From a virus (Duplodnaviria > Caudoviricetes): DNA of 34,794 nt. Below the pieces are notes generated by a model. That model saw nothing but the letters and a program-made list of their open reading frames with translations. It ran no database searches and was not told the DNA's origin. This document shows positions 26,201-33,834 of this stretch, one piece after another. A program made the position numbers and the translations under genes. Location: positions 1 through 34,794 of the IMG/VR virus record IMGVR_UViG_3300031227_000208; one strand, written 5' to 3'. How positions within the stretch are numbered: position 1 is the first letter of the stretch; each line of letters begins with the position of its first letter.

Positions 26201-26925
26201 ATTGGGACATAGCCAGTGATCCAGATGGGTCCGACGCATTGGGTATAGCCAACTACACTTGGTACAAAATTACATTAGAATGGGACGGTTCTTATTATAA
26301 AATCTATCTAAATGGGGTGCAAGTTTATTCCAAGACTTCATCGGTTGCTACATGCGATTGTCGTTATGTTGTTTTTGGGACGTATGCCGCAGGAAGTCGG
26401 CATAACGGCGGCGTAGACGAGTTCCGTCTCACGATAGGTCACAACCAATACGGTGCAGCACATACCCCCGAAACAGCAGAGTTCTCTACCGAAGGAACTA
26501 TTGATACTTGTACCTCCCACATGCTCCGGGAAACTTACGAAACCAATCATGCTTCTCCTGGAAAATTAACCCTGTTGAAAGAAAGCGAAAGAAGCACGGG
26601 ATGGGATGTCAATATAAACCCCACTACGGCATGGACAGAAATTGATTTCTCTTTGGTGTGTCCGCCGGGAACAAAGGCTGTTCTCGGCCTGATGTATATA
26701 AAACAAACTGACACTACAGCAATATTGTGTGCAAGATGTAGTTGCTCTTACGAAACCAATGTAGACAGAACAACAAAATATGTTAATCAAAAGAGTGCGA
26801 ATTATGTATTTGCAGTTCCAATAATGTTCCGGGCAGAGCACGGCATATTTAATATTAGAGAATACTCTGCTAGTAATGAGATAGCTGAGTTCAAGTTCAG
26901 AATACACGGATGGTACAGACGATGA
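23242..26925 (+). CDS. tail spike/fibre: pectate-lyase-like beta-helix plus two LamG/concanavalin-A-like domains
   Basis: GAGGT RBS before ATG 23242; CDGTRDEVEINAAI...GGVVELTEGTF helix cap; ITNNYV/ISNNYI repeats; two LLHF...KFG...FT.E.W...EWDGS.Y..Y..G...DEFRLT.G units. Confidence 0.88.
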   Translation: MLSWQEIEAAKAAEAAGTLENEARIQTLPPGYIKGFDLTIDGDTGALTIGAGFADVNGVFVRRNDIHIMTDEDYGTGVLELPSLRYYIYISKESAFWVDVTAPEYQALLYGNYHPDLTYRYIGEFYVGADGKIAIATSLEQNTGQIIVVASSTYKGLKYDRLCDGTRDEVEINAAITYLSETYGGGVVELTEGTFYTGASVVPKVNVALQGRGWGTIIEKNGDFVGINAIGTVCNKITGIILKNFKITRNSADTNDKELMKFEYTDDLLIDNILFYVAYTRGLFILYSDGFLITDCLFNRFKTGGLYCYLSSGIISSCVVNGSSISTDQICMGIRVTSCSDTIVSACKVINMESSVGAVRLLGLFVTGTNNKVDGCFIENLKSTTAAAVCGIWVRSDKQQITNNYVEIITNTDTTSEAFGILTDGDDGLISNNYIVDSSGTGIAVGAAANRNLINSNFCRANGADADIANVNEDNFSNRGTDTMATANSWQEQTGNADTTGQRVLSGKVDVHGDPEFLSEENIGNATLLATTTPALLAFSNGYDGDSAVNFMKQVAADVEPAAWKNLTGLKKHFLYAQLDAGVITYGKTPCDPEYARHFHSTHRFSQHSLLHFEELTNPIDEFADNDACGGGVVWTASGAARSAVQKKFGSYSYLFDGANDYIETTDITDLQRPFTLELWFYTTNNADTQYFVGSKNAYSFAIDFSGASGDRVRLQASSDLASWDIANSVYGVNAISINEFHKTTFEWDGSFYRVYIDGVLEIEVANTTPLSIMTGLQIGNAVTHATAALDGYIDEFRLTVGNCRYGTAHAVETEALTPDAQWFDTQAMKYFEGHPGDWTEKKRLMLGEANADRRVGALLHFNAAADTTDWTKLIDEYGNKWIFGGTARLDTDDNGGGNIAPKFGNRFLWMDGNSDYGSLDLGSDTIGKLDLGKPFTYEVWWYTADNTQDSQTAINLDYSSASNFGLIVRYSATNKFDVYISSDGANWDIASDPDGSDALGIANYTWYKITLEWDGSYYKIYLNGVQVYSKTSSVATCDCRYVVFGTYAAGSRHNGGVDEFRLTIGHNQYGAAHTPETAEFSTEGTIDTCTSHMLRETYETNHASPGKLTLLKESERSTGWDVNINPTTAWTEIDFSLVCPPGTKAVLGLMYIKQTDTTAILCARCSCSYETNVDRTTKYVNQKSANYVFAVPIMFRAEHGIFNIREYSASNEIAEFKFRIHGWYRR

Positions 26926-27245
26926 AATATATATGTTCAGAATATCAAGGTAAACTTTATCTTCGTGGTAAGTGTTGCCCCAACGAGAACTATCAAGATT
27001 GGGAGTGTGTCGACATAGACTTTAATGCTCGCAACCTTTTCCTTGACGATAATGGCAGACCTATCCACCGAGTAATAGATGGTAAGGTGGTGAACGAACC
27101 GCTTCCCAAAAGCAAAGAAGAGCTGAAGGCAGAGAAAGAGAAAAAGGATAAAGAGGATTATATAGAAGCCCTTCCCGATTTAGTTAGGTGTATGACAAAA
27201 GAAATAGAAGATTTGAAAGCAGAAATAGCCAAGATAAAGACTTGA
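26922..27245 (+). CDS. putative tail fibre assembly/chaperone protein
   Basis: ATGA overlap with spike; DGKVVNEP plus C-terminal coiled coil. Confidence 0.55.
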   Translation: MKYICSEYQGKLYLRGKCCPNENYQDWECVDIDFNARNLFLDDNGRPIHRVIDGKVVNEPLPKSKEELKAEKEKKDKEDYIEALPDLVRCMTKEIEDLKAEIAKIKT

Positions 27246-27270
27246 TTTTTTTGCCGTTTTGTGATATAAT
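27242..27270 (+). promoter_or_regulatory. sigma70 promoter upstream of the lysis-like block
   Basis: TTGATT 27242-27247, 17 nt, TGn, TATAAT 27265-27270, then GGAGG and ATG 27283. Confidence 0.7.
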
Positions 27271-27282
27271 ACGGAGGTTAAA

Positions 27283-27507
27283 ATGACTACTAACGGAACA
27301 GCTAAGTGGATTGGCGGGCTGCTCGCCGTAATTACTCTTTGCTTCGGGATAGTGGGCATAATGTATGCCGGTGCCCTGAAGCGCATAGAACTAAACGAGG
27401 TTGATGTGCGGAGGATGGATAAGAACCAAGTTTTAATAATGTATCAACTGGAGGACATCAATGATAAGCTTGATAAACTTTTGGAAAAAAGGGTTGACAA
27501 AAAATAG
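27283..27507 (+). CDS. single-TM coiled-coil membrane protein (holin/antiholin-like)
   Basis: WIGGLLAVITLCFGIVGIMYAG TM; LEDINDKLDKLL coil; first gene after the tail module. Confidence 0.6.
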   Translation: MTTNGTAKWIGGLLAVITLCFGIVGIMYAGALKRIELNEVDVRRMDKNQVLIMYQLEDINDKLDKLLEKRVDKK

Positions 27508-27522
27508 AATGTAATATATACT
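27494..27522 (+). promoter_or_regulatory. sigma70 promoter of HNH gene 2, leaderless
   Basis: TTGACA 27494-27499, 17 nt, TATACT 27517-27522; ATG 27531 with no SD. Confidence 0.8.
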
Positions 27523-27530
27523 AAATTATT

Positions 27531-28058
27531 ATGAAAATTTGTAAAATTGAAGACTGCGGCAGGAACCATAAGGCAAAGGGTTATTGTAGTAAACATTATC
27601 AGAGATTCAAAAATCATGGCGATCCATTTTGTATGAAGCTAGAAAGGCACGGCAAGATGAAGACACCAGAATATATAACATGGCAAGCCATGAAAAGCAG
27701 ATGTTATGATAGAAAACATAATTATTATAAACGCTATGGCGGTCGGGGGATAATTATATGCGATAATTGGCGAAAAAGTTTTATGACTTTTTTGAAAGAT
27801 ATGGGTCAACGACCCTTCCCTGAAGCGCAGATAGACAGAATAGATAATAATGGCAATTATGAACCCGGTAATTGCAGGTGGGCAGGGGGGGTTGAAAATT
27901 GTAGACATCAGTCATCAACAAAACTAACAACAGAAAAAGCTATAGAAATAAGGAAACGGTATAATATTGGAAATATAACTCAAAAAACACTGAGTTCTAT
28001 TTATGGAGTAACACAGGGCTTGATAAGTTTTGTGGTAAATAACAAAAGATGGGCATAA
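27531..28058 (+). CDS. HNH-type homing endonuclease 2
   Basis: N-terminal CKIEDC...GYCSKHY Zn finger; EYITWQAMKSRC...YGGRGI...DMGQRP...IDRIDNNGNYEPGNCRWA; C-terminal HTH. Confidence 0.92.
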   Translation: MKICKIEDCGRNHKAKGYCSKHYQRFKNHGDPFCMKLERHGKMKTPEYITWQAMKSRCYDRKHNYYKRYGGRGIIICDNWRKSFMTFLKDMGQRPFPEAQIDRIDNNGNYEPGNCRWAGGVENCRHQSSTKLTTEKAIEIRKRYNIGNITQKTLSSIYGVTQGLISFVVNNKRWA

Positions 28059-28072
28059 AAGAGTAACCGAAT

Positions 28073-28255
28073 GTGATCTCGGCATGGTTGTTGAGTCGGA
28101 TGAGAAGGCTTACCGATCAGAACAAATATATGAGGTCTATATTATGGGCGTATGCCAATGGTAAAACAACAGGAAGGGAGGAAGCAGAACAGGCAATAAA
28201 GATAGTCGAAGGTTGGGAGGACAGTAATGATATTACAAAGAGATCTAAGACTTAA
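28073..28255 (+). CDS. hypothetical protein
   Basis: Fills the gap and overlaps the next gene; start uncertain. Confidence 0.45.
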   Translation: MISAWLLSRMRRLTDQNKYMRSILWAYANGKTTGREEAEQAIKIVEGWEDSNDITKRSKT

Positions 28256-28658
28256 TAATAGCATTAACAAATTTGGGTGCTATTTAATGTGCATCTTTTT
28301 CCTTGTCAATAAGTATACCGGCTATATGTTCTCTCCACAGATTATCAAGGATTTATATAAAGTGTTTATATCACATGGATATATTGATAAGGATTGTTTT
28401 ATCATTGATCCAGAGGCTATTTTTGAGTTCCTTCAGATGCCGGTACAATACACACAAAGACACGAATTACCCATCAGACAGTGCAGGAATAATGAGATTG
28501 AGGTACTCATGTTTAAACTTGCCAGATTACATAAGCACGCCTGGAAGCACTTTGCGGTGGGTAATGGTAAGGGAACTGTAACATACGATCCCTATGGAGT
28601 GAGCCGGGCGGTGGCTGAGGGCAGATTGATAAGCAAACGAATCTTCAGGAGGCTATAA
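28227..28658 (+). CDS. DUF261-like papain-fold (C39-like) peptidase, candidate endolysin
   Basis: MILQ...INKFGCYLMC, KHFAVG, YDPYG give Q/C/H/D in papain-like order; GGAGG RBS; located in the lysis block. Confidence 0.7.
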   Translation: MILQRDLRLNNSINKFGCYLMCIFFLVNKYTGYMFSPQIIKDLYKVFISHGYIDKDCFIIDPEAIFEFLQMPVQYTQRHELPIRQCRNNEIEVLMFKLARLHKHAWKHFAVGNGKGTVTYDPYGVSRAVAEGRLISKRIFRRL

Positions 28659-29437
28659 TGGTTAAAAAAGGTATTTTTATAACCGATACACACTGGCAGC
28701 AGGATGTTCCGCTCCATGCTTCTTATCTTGCTGTTAAATCATTTGCTAAGTATTTTAAACCGGATATTGTGGTGCATGGCGGGGATCTTGGAGAGTGGGA
28801 GTTCCTAATGAGCATAAACGAAAGGAAACTTCAGCTCATCAGTGGAAAAACCTATATTAAAGAATATGACCTCATTAATAGAGAATTGGATTTTTGGAAG
28901 TCTCTACCGAAAGAAAAACCCTATATACTTCTAGGCAACCACGACGAGCGGGTATATAAGGCCATTGAGAAAAACCCCATGCTTGAGGGGTCTATGGAAT
29001 GGGAGAATCAGGTTGACCTGAAGGGTACGCATTTTGCCCGATGGAGACAGCCCGACCAGCCGGTAAGAATTGGAATACCCTATTTTGCTCACGGCTGGTA
29101 TACGGTTAAATATCATGCCAATAAACACTTAGAATCCTTTAGCGGAAATATCATTTACGGGCATGTTCACAAGTTTCAGCAAGCTTCAAAGATATTACAT
29201 GCTCAGAATCAAGAGATACAGGCATGGTCTATAGGCTGCCTGAGAGATCGTAATCCGGACTGGATAGCAGGGCCTAACGAATGGCAGAATGGGTTTGCCT
29301 TGTTCTACCTGAACGGTAAGAAATCATTCAACGTATATCCAATCAATATTATTAACGGTACTTTTGTAACTCCCTGGGGGGAGCTGTGGGACTACCGCAA
29401 AATATACAAATACGCATTAAGAGGAGATCGAAGATGA
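28658..29437 (+). CDS. calcineurin-like metallophosphoesterase
   Basis: DTH, GGD, GNHD, AHG, GHVH motifs. Confidence 0.92.
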   Translation: MVKKGIFITDTHWQQDVPLHASYLAVKSFAKYFKPDIVVHGGDLGEWEFLMSINERKLQLISGKTYIKEYDLINRELDFWKSLPKEKPYILLGNHDERVYKAIEKNPMLEGSMEWENQVDLKGTHFARWRQPDQPVRIGIPYFAHGWYTVKYHANKHLESFSGNIIYGHVHKFQQASKILHAQNQEIQAWSIGCLRDRNPDWIAGPNEWQNGFALFYLNGKKSFNVYPINIINGTFVTPWGELWDYRKIYKYALRGDRR

Positions 29438-29628
29438 AAGTTTTAAAAAGAGCATATGAATTTCTTATTAAGCTATTCAGTATTAAAGTAGCATTATTTG
29501 TTATCAGCACTTGGGCGTTATACCATGCTTTTATCAGTGAGTGGGTATGGTTTGGGACAGCTTTGCTGCTGATCGGCGGGAGAGAGATTTCCAAAATACT
29601 TGCGTCAAATTTAAAACTAGGAAAGTAG
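29434..29628 (+). CDS. two-TM holin-like protein
   Basis: Start re-called to ATG 29434 (GAGGAG, ATGA overlap); two hydrophobic segments and a basic C-terminus. Confidence 0.65.
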   Translation: MKVLKRAYEFLIKLFSIKVALFVISTWALYHAFISEWVWFGTALLLIGGREISKILASNLKLGK

Positions 29629-29630
29629 GG

Positions 29631-29972
29631 ATGTTTAAAAAGATAGGTGAGTTTTTCAAATCTATATGGTTTTGGGTTCAGTTGATAGGTATGGCGATTG
29701 TGGTGCTTGCCGTACACCTGTTCACCAAAAATCGCAAAACGATGGGCGGTTTAAAAAATATACAAAAGGCCGCAGAGAAAGCGGCGGAGGAAAAATATGA
29801 AAAGATGTCTGATGATGATGTTGTTGATAGTCTTGTTAATGCCAACGATATACGCAACACCGCAAGTAAAGGAGCCGACGATAGCAGAGCTTTATTCCAC
29901 AATCGATCCAAGTCTATATTATCCTGGCTCGGTAGTAAAGGAGTTCGCAGAGAGGATATTCCAAGAGGCTGA
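29631..29972 (+). CDS. N-terminal TM protein (inner-spanin-like)
   Basis: MFKKIGEFFKSIWFWVQLIGMAIVVLAVHLF then a helical domain; 3' half overlapped by the next gene. Confidence 0.55.
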   Translation: MFKKIGEFFKSIWFWVQLIGMAIVVLAVHLFTKNRKTMGGLKNIQKAAEKAAEEKYEKMSDDDVVDSLVNANDIRNTASKGADDSRALFHNRSKSILSWLGSKGVRREDIPRG

Positions 29973-30174
29973 TCGTTACGCTGCCCATGCCTATCAACAG
30001 GGCATTATGCAGGGTGCAGCTATGGCAGCTAGGCCCCTACAGGCCCGGATTGAAGGTCTTGAAGCATGGCAGGATGAGGCAAAAGATAAGCTGCTTGATG
30101 GAGCTGTGAAAACTATACTCTTTACGTTAGGCGGTATCGCAGTCGGCATTACTATAGGTGTTATTGTCTGGTGA
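29797..30174 (+). CDS. signal-peptide plus C-terminal TM protein overlapping the previous gene (spanin-like partner)
   Basis: GGAGG RBS; MKRCLMMMLLIVLLMPTIYA; C-terminal ILFTLGGIAVGITIGVIVW; 176-nt out-of-frame overlap. Confidence 0.6.
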   Translation: MKRCLMMMLLIVLLMPTIYATPQVKEPTIAELYSTIDPSLYYPGSVVKEFAERIFQEADRYAAHAYQQGIMQGAAMAARPLQARIEGLEAWQDEAKDKLLDGAVKTILFTLGGIAVGITIGVIVW

Positions 30175-30175
30175 A

Positions 30176-30487
30176 TTAAAGCGCATTAATCACATCTTCC
30201 ACACAGGTCGCCACAACAACCATCCCCCCGGCAGCCTCTATTTCTGCTTTACATTTTACCTGTGCGGGTTTTAATTTTTCCCCAGGTTTCTTACATTCTA
30301 TGCCGAGAAATTGCCCATCGGGAGGTATCACTGTGATAACATCCGGCCAGCCAGCAGGACCAAGGTTCACCCAATAACTACCTACCCTGACCCTGCCAGA
30401 CTGATTACGAGTGGCGGGAATATTTCTTAACTTCAAATAGTCAAGAATTTCACGCTGTATCTGATTTTCACTGCGTTGGCGGACCAT
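30176..30487 (-). CDS. VRR-NUC domain nuclease (Holliday junction resolvase-like)
   Basis: SENQIQ, GWPDVI, GIECKKP, AQ: PD-(D/E)xK pattern. Confidence 0.9.
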   Translation of the reverse strand: MVRQRSENQIQREILDYLKLRNIPATRNQSGRVRVGSYWVNLGPAGWPDVITVIPPDGQFLGIECKKPGEKLKPAQVKCKAEIEAAGGMVVVATCVEDVINAL

Positions 30488-30668
30488 AATCCCTGTATAA
30501 CCTCTTATCTTCTTCTACGCTCATCCCACCATCTACCCTTGCGTCTCGTAGCCTCTTTTTGTTGAGTCGCCTTTGTAGCTTTTCCTTGGCTGCTTTTAAA
30601 GATGGGCCACGAATAATTTTGCTATCCAATACCCTGTAGTGGTAATATATTACGAAGTCTTGGTCCAT
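30468..30668 (-). CDS. hypothetical protein
   Basis: Start re-called to 30668 (TAATG overlap). Confidence 0.6.
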   Translation of the reverse strand: MDQDFVIYYHYRVLDSKIIRGPSLKAAKEKLQRRLNKKRLRDARVDGGMSVEEDKRLYRDYGPPTQ

Positions 30669-31237
30669 TATAGTGTTGCCCCCCATTGGGTAGCCATTGC
30701 CTTTGCTATACCGGGGAAAGTTTTGCTACGAAGTTTGCTTCTTTCTGACGAGGGGGCCATTTTCCAGACTTTTTGTTCTCGCCCGGATACAATATCGGTT
30801 GGCTTTAGTGGGGGCAAATTATCCAGCCAAAAGCAGGTTGCTTTTGTTTCGCCATGTCCAAATTGCCACGGTTGTATTATTTGGTCCGGTTTCCTCCAGA
30901 CGGTTGACATAATACCGATTGGATTTTCAATAGCCAACCGCTCACATTCACAATTCGCAAACAGCATAAAAAAATCTATGGCTTCTTGTTGTCGTCCGTC
31001 TTTCTGTTTTTCTTTAAACCATCTTGCCCCGCTAACAGCCAAATGAGTACAGGGCGGAAAAGCAATAATCATATCCCACCATTTACCACTCGCCCAGTGC
31101 CGTACATCTTCCTCGAAATGCCATTCGGGATGTCCGCCAGAACAAGGCAAAACATCGCAGGAGTAAGCCTCATGCCCCAAATTACGAAAAGCAATAGTGA
31201 CAGCCTGACTTTCTTCACACGCTATTAATATAGCCAT
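30668..31237 (-). CDS. compact phage C5 DNA cytosine methyltransferase
   Basis: IACEESQ (motif I variant), FPPC (IV), IENP (VI), RSKTFPGIA.AMA.QWG (X-like). Confidence 0.85.
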   Translation of the reverse strand: MAILIACEESQAVTIAFRNLGHEAYSCDVLPCSGGHPEWHFEEDVRHWASGKWWDMIIAFPPCTHLAVSGARWFKEKQKDGRQQEAIDFFMLFANCECERLAIENPIGIMSTVWRKPDQIIQPWQFGHGETKATCFWLDNLPPLKPTDIVSGREQKVWKMAPSSERSKLRSKTFPGIAKAMATQWGATL

Positions 31238-31623
31238 CAGAAGGGGATGTCGTCTTCAAAATCATCGACCTTCTGCGCCGGAGCAGGCTTCTGTGTACTT
31301 CTTTCGCTGGTGAACTGGATATTATCAATCAGTATGTTGACCTTGCTTCTGTGCTTACCCTCCTGTTCCCATCGGTCTTGCTTGAGAGATCCGTCAATTA
31401 CTACTTGTTTGCCCTTTAGCAAATACTCAGCAAGAGCTTCAGCACGTTTACCGAACAGGACAGCATCAAAAAAACTTGCCTCATCCTCCCATTTGTCGTC
31501 CTTCTTCACACTTCGATTGACGGCTATTGAGAGATTAAGAATAGCATAACCGCTGTTGGTATATTTAAGTTCGGAATCTCTCACCAACCTACCCACTAAA
31601 AATACTCTGTTAATGTCTTTCAT
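31237..31623 (-). CDS. ssb: single-stranded DNA-binding protein
   Basis: NRVFLVGRLVRDSEL OB fold; DDFEDDIPF acidic tip. Confidence 0.97.
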   Translation of the reverse strand: MKDINRVFLVGRLVRDSELKYTNSGYAILNLSIAVNRSVKKDDKWEDEASFFDAVLFGKRAEALAEYLLKGKQVVIDGSLKQDRWEQEGKHRSKVNILIDNIQFTSERSTQKPAPAQKVDDFEDDIPF

Positions 31624-31637
31624 CTATTTCTCCTTAT

Positions 31638-31895
31638 TCATATCTGCAAATTACGGATCATGGCCGCAAGATTCATAACATCAATCATATTCTCTGGCGT
31701 AAAATCTTTTTCAGCATGTTCTAATAGTTTTACTTTTAAAAATGGCAATACAATGGGATCATCCCATCCTCCCCACCCATCCATATATTTTTCCTTTAAT
31801 TTTTTAAACATCTCTGAACCCGCATCGGTTGCTATTGCCCTTAACGCCTCTAATTCGGGAAATTTGCGTTTGCAAAACATATCGATTGTTATCAT
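31638..31895 (-). CDS. hypothetical protein (all-alpha, MazG-like motif possible)
   Basis: KL..K...GW.GW...LLEH...DVMNLAAMI; AAGGAG RBS. Confidence 0.6.
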   Translation of the reverse strand: MITIDMFCKRKFPELEALRAIATDAGSEMFKKLKEKYMDGWGGWDDPIVLPFLKVKLLEHAEKDFTPENMIDVMNLAAMIRNLQI

Positions 31896-31905
31896 CTGTT
31901 TCTCC

Positions 31906-32196
31906 TTATATTAATCTACTCCGCACACTATGGATAACAGCTGCCATTTTTTCATTATCAGACTGTAATCCTGCATTTTTTGCCCTTAATTCCTTGATTA
32001 TATCGTCTCTTCGCTTCAAATGATCTTGCACGGTTCTTTTCATGTTAGCGGGGTCACGTAACCATTTACGATTGACACGTATCTCAGTGATATAACACAT
32101 TAGCCAAATGAAAAGTGAAAAGGAAATAGCAGTAAAAACATAGGGTGTAACGATACGGACCTGCTCTAAGATGGTGAGACTCATTAAATTATTCAT
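31906..32196 (-). CDS. membrane-anchored coiled-coil hypothetical protein
   Basis: Start re-called to 32196 (GGAGG, TAATG); TM YVFTAISFSLFIWLMCYI. Confidence 0.6.
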   Translation of the reverse strand: MNNLMSLTILEQVRIVTPYVFTAISFSLFIWLMCYITEIRVNRKWLRDPANMKRTVQDHLKRRDDIIKELRAKNAGLQSDNEKMAAVIHSVRSRLI

Positions 32197-32612
32197 TATC
32201 CCCCTCCCCTCCAAATCTTCACACGCATCAATTGCATTTCTGCCTCCTTCACAGCCCATTTGCGGTGTTTCCTCTGTCGCCCCATTTCCCCCATCAACCA
32301 ATCCAACAATTCCCCCAAATCGGGTATTGTTTCGGTTCGGCCCGTTTCCTTTTGCCATAATGATTGAGCTTTTTTTAAGCGAGGTTGCTGTAGGTCAAAG
32401 ATGTGATTGAAGGCAAGATTTTCGTCCTTGCACTCATCAAGTTCTGATACGAGCCAGCGCCCCAACGTACTTATGTATTCTGTAATCTCTGCGCCCTGAG
32501 TCGGATTAAAATATTGTTTTGCCTCTTCCAGTCTATCTTCCCACTTTTTTGCTATTAACTTATCCGGCTCCAATCCCGTTAAATCTACTGGCCCGAATTC
32601 ATTATCACTCAT
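32196..32612 (-). CDS. hypothetical protein
   Basis: AAGGAG RBS; W..ETG...PDLG.L..WL motif. Confidence 0.7.
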   Translation of the reverse strand: MSDNEFGPVDLTGLEPDKLIAKKWEDRLEEAKQYFNPTQGAEITEYISTLGRWLVSELDECKDENLAFNHIFDLQQPRLKKAQSLWQKETGRTETIPDLGELLDWLMGEMGRQRKHRKWAVKEAEMQLMRVKIWRGGG

Positions 32613-32649
32613 GCTATATCTCCTTATCTATCAACAAGTAAGGTAATTA

Positions 32650-32970
32650 CTATAATTTCCCTTTTACCTTTTTCATCAAGTCTTGACAAAACCTCTCCCA
32701 TTTTTCACGGCTAATATGTTCTTCAGTTCTTTCAATTTGCAACAAGTGTGGTTTCGATGGTATATCCTTCTCATATTTCATAATAAGCCCCAAAACAGGC
32801 GGTGAAGAATATTGGTGGTTCCTGGTGATTTGAGTAAATATTTGCTGTAACCATTGGGGGCTTGTATTTTCGTAGTGTTTAGCTATTATTTTCTTCATAG
32901 CAGGGCCAGAATATAGTCCATAAGCCGCTTCAAGGGCTTTTGCGAATCCTTCAGGAGTTATTTGTGGCAT
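32650..32970 (-). CDS. hypothetical protein, helicase loader/inhibitor-like
   Basis: LEAAY...L...F.......SPP...I helical pattern in a replication context. Confidence 0.45.
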   Translation of the reverse strand: MPQITPEGFAKALEAAYGLYSGPAMKKIIAKHYENTSPQWLQQIFTQITRNHQYSSPPVLGLIMKYEKDIPSKPHLLQIERTEEHISREKWERFCQDLMKKVKGKL

Positions 32971-33169
32971 GCTTGGCCTCCAAAGCTTTCATGTATTTAT
33001 CAAGGGCTCTCTGTTCCTGAGCCTCGGTCGACCAATCCCCGCCCTTCATACAACCCGCCAACCATGCCTCTCTCACCAGTTCCTTGACACGGGGTAGGTC
33101 AATCAACCGTGGCTCTTCAGCTTCACTCTGGTAATACTCTATTATTTCCTTACTTATCGCTTTATCCAT
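32951..33169 (-). CDS. hypothetical protein
   Basis: AAGGAG RBS; overlaps both neighbours. Confidence 0.65.
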   Translation of the reverse strand: MDKAISKEIIEYYQSEAEEPRLIDLPRVKELVREAWLAGCMKGGDWSTEAQEQRALDKYMKALEAKHATNNS

Positions 33170-33368
33170 GCTCTCTCTCCTTTACCTCGGCTTCGTTTAT
33201 AGCTGTTTGGCGATGCTCGTCTGTGTAATTTCGGGATATGGTTTTTTTACACGCCGTCTTTGTGTCTGCTATGATTTGTTGTACCACCTGCGCCACTTCA
33301 GGATGATTGCCATAGTTGTATAACATTTCGCCCATGATTTTCATGGTCATTTTCTCAACATAGGTCAT
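33162..33368 (-). CDS. hypothetical protein
   Basis: GGAGGAG RBS; ATGA overlap. Confidence 0.65.
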   Translation of the reverse strand: MTYVEKMTMKIMGEMLYNYGNHPEVAQVVQQIIADTKTACKKTISRNYTDEHRQTAINEAEVKEREHG

Positions 33369-33820
33369 GCTTCTCCTCCTATAAACGCATCAACATCGGG
33401 ATCTAGTCGTGTTTGCTTCGTCGCTTCTAAAACCTGGTCCCATCGGTTATTAAGTGCTGAGGGTAAAGATGGGCACCCCCGCCAATAATCTGTTCTACCT
33501 GTTTGCTTTTTCCATAGAAAAACCCGTATCATATCATAGAGCAAAGCCTTGACATCACCATTCTTAGCTGTATTCTTTGCTTTTTTGATTAACCCCTTGA
33601 TAGCCACGGCCTCTTTTGGATAGTTGGAGAAACGATCATCGTTCATGGCAAGGAACCCATTCTTCAACCATGTTTGCAGATCCTTATCAATTACAATAAT
33701 CTCTTTTCCCTTCGTATCCAAAAGCTCCCGCAAAACCGCAGTTATTTTAAACTCTCTGTCTACCATATCAGAATCATAAGGTATTGAAACAATATCATCA
33801 ACTGCCTTTTCTATGGTCAT
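33365..33820 (-). CDS. hypothetical protein, possible replication-initiator C-terminal-like domain
   Basis: AGGAG RBS; DYW.....PSALNNRWDQ motif. Confidence 0.5.
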   Translation of the reverse strand: MTIEKAVDDIVSIPYDSDMVDREFKITAVLRELLDTKGKEIIVIDKDLQTWLKNGFLAMNDDRFSNYPKEAVAIKGLIKKAKNTAKNGDVKALLYDMIRVFLWKKQTGRTDYWRGCPSLPSALNNRWDQVLEATKQTRLDPDVDAFIGGEA

Positions 33821-33834
33821 TTATATCTCCTATA

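Noticed and set aside
23242-26925. Diversity-generating retroelement target in the tail spike
   Set aside because: No reverse transcriptase and no TR/VR pair differing only at adenines; the repeats are diverged LamG domains.
544-29911. Many - strand ORFs of 60-157 aa opposite structural genes, and + strand ORFs opposite 30176-34713
   Set aside because: Antisense shadows of well-supported genes, with no recognisable motifs.
197-30174. Stop-codon reassignment
   Set aside because: Genes tile densely under the standard code, and TAA, TAG and TGA all end genes at coupled junctions.
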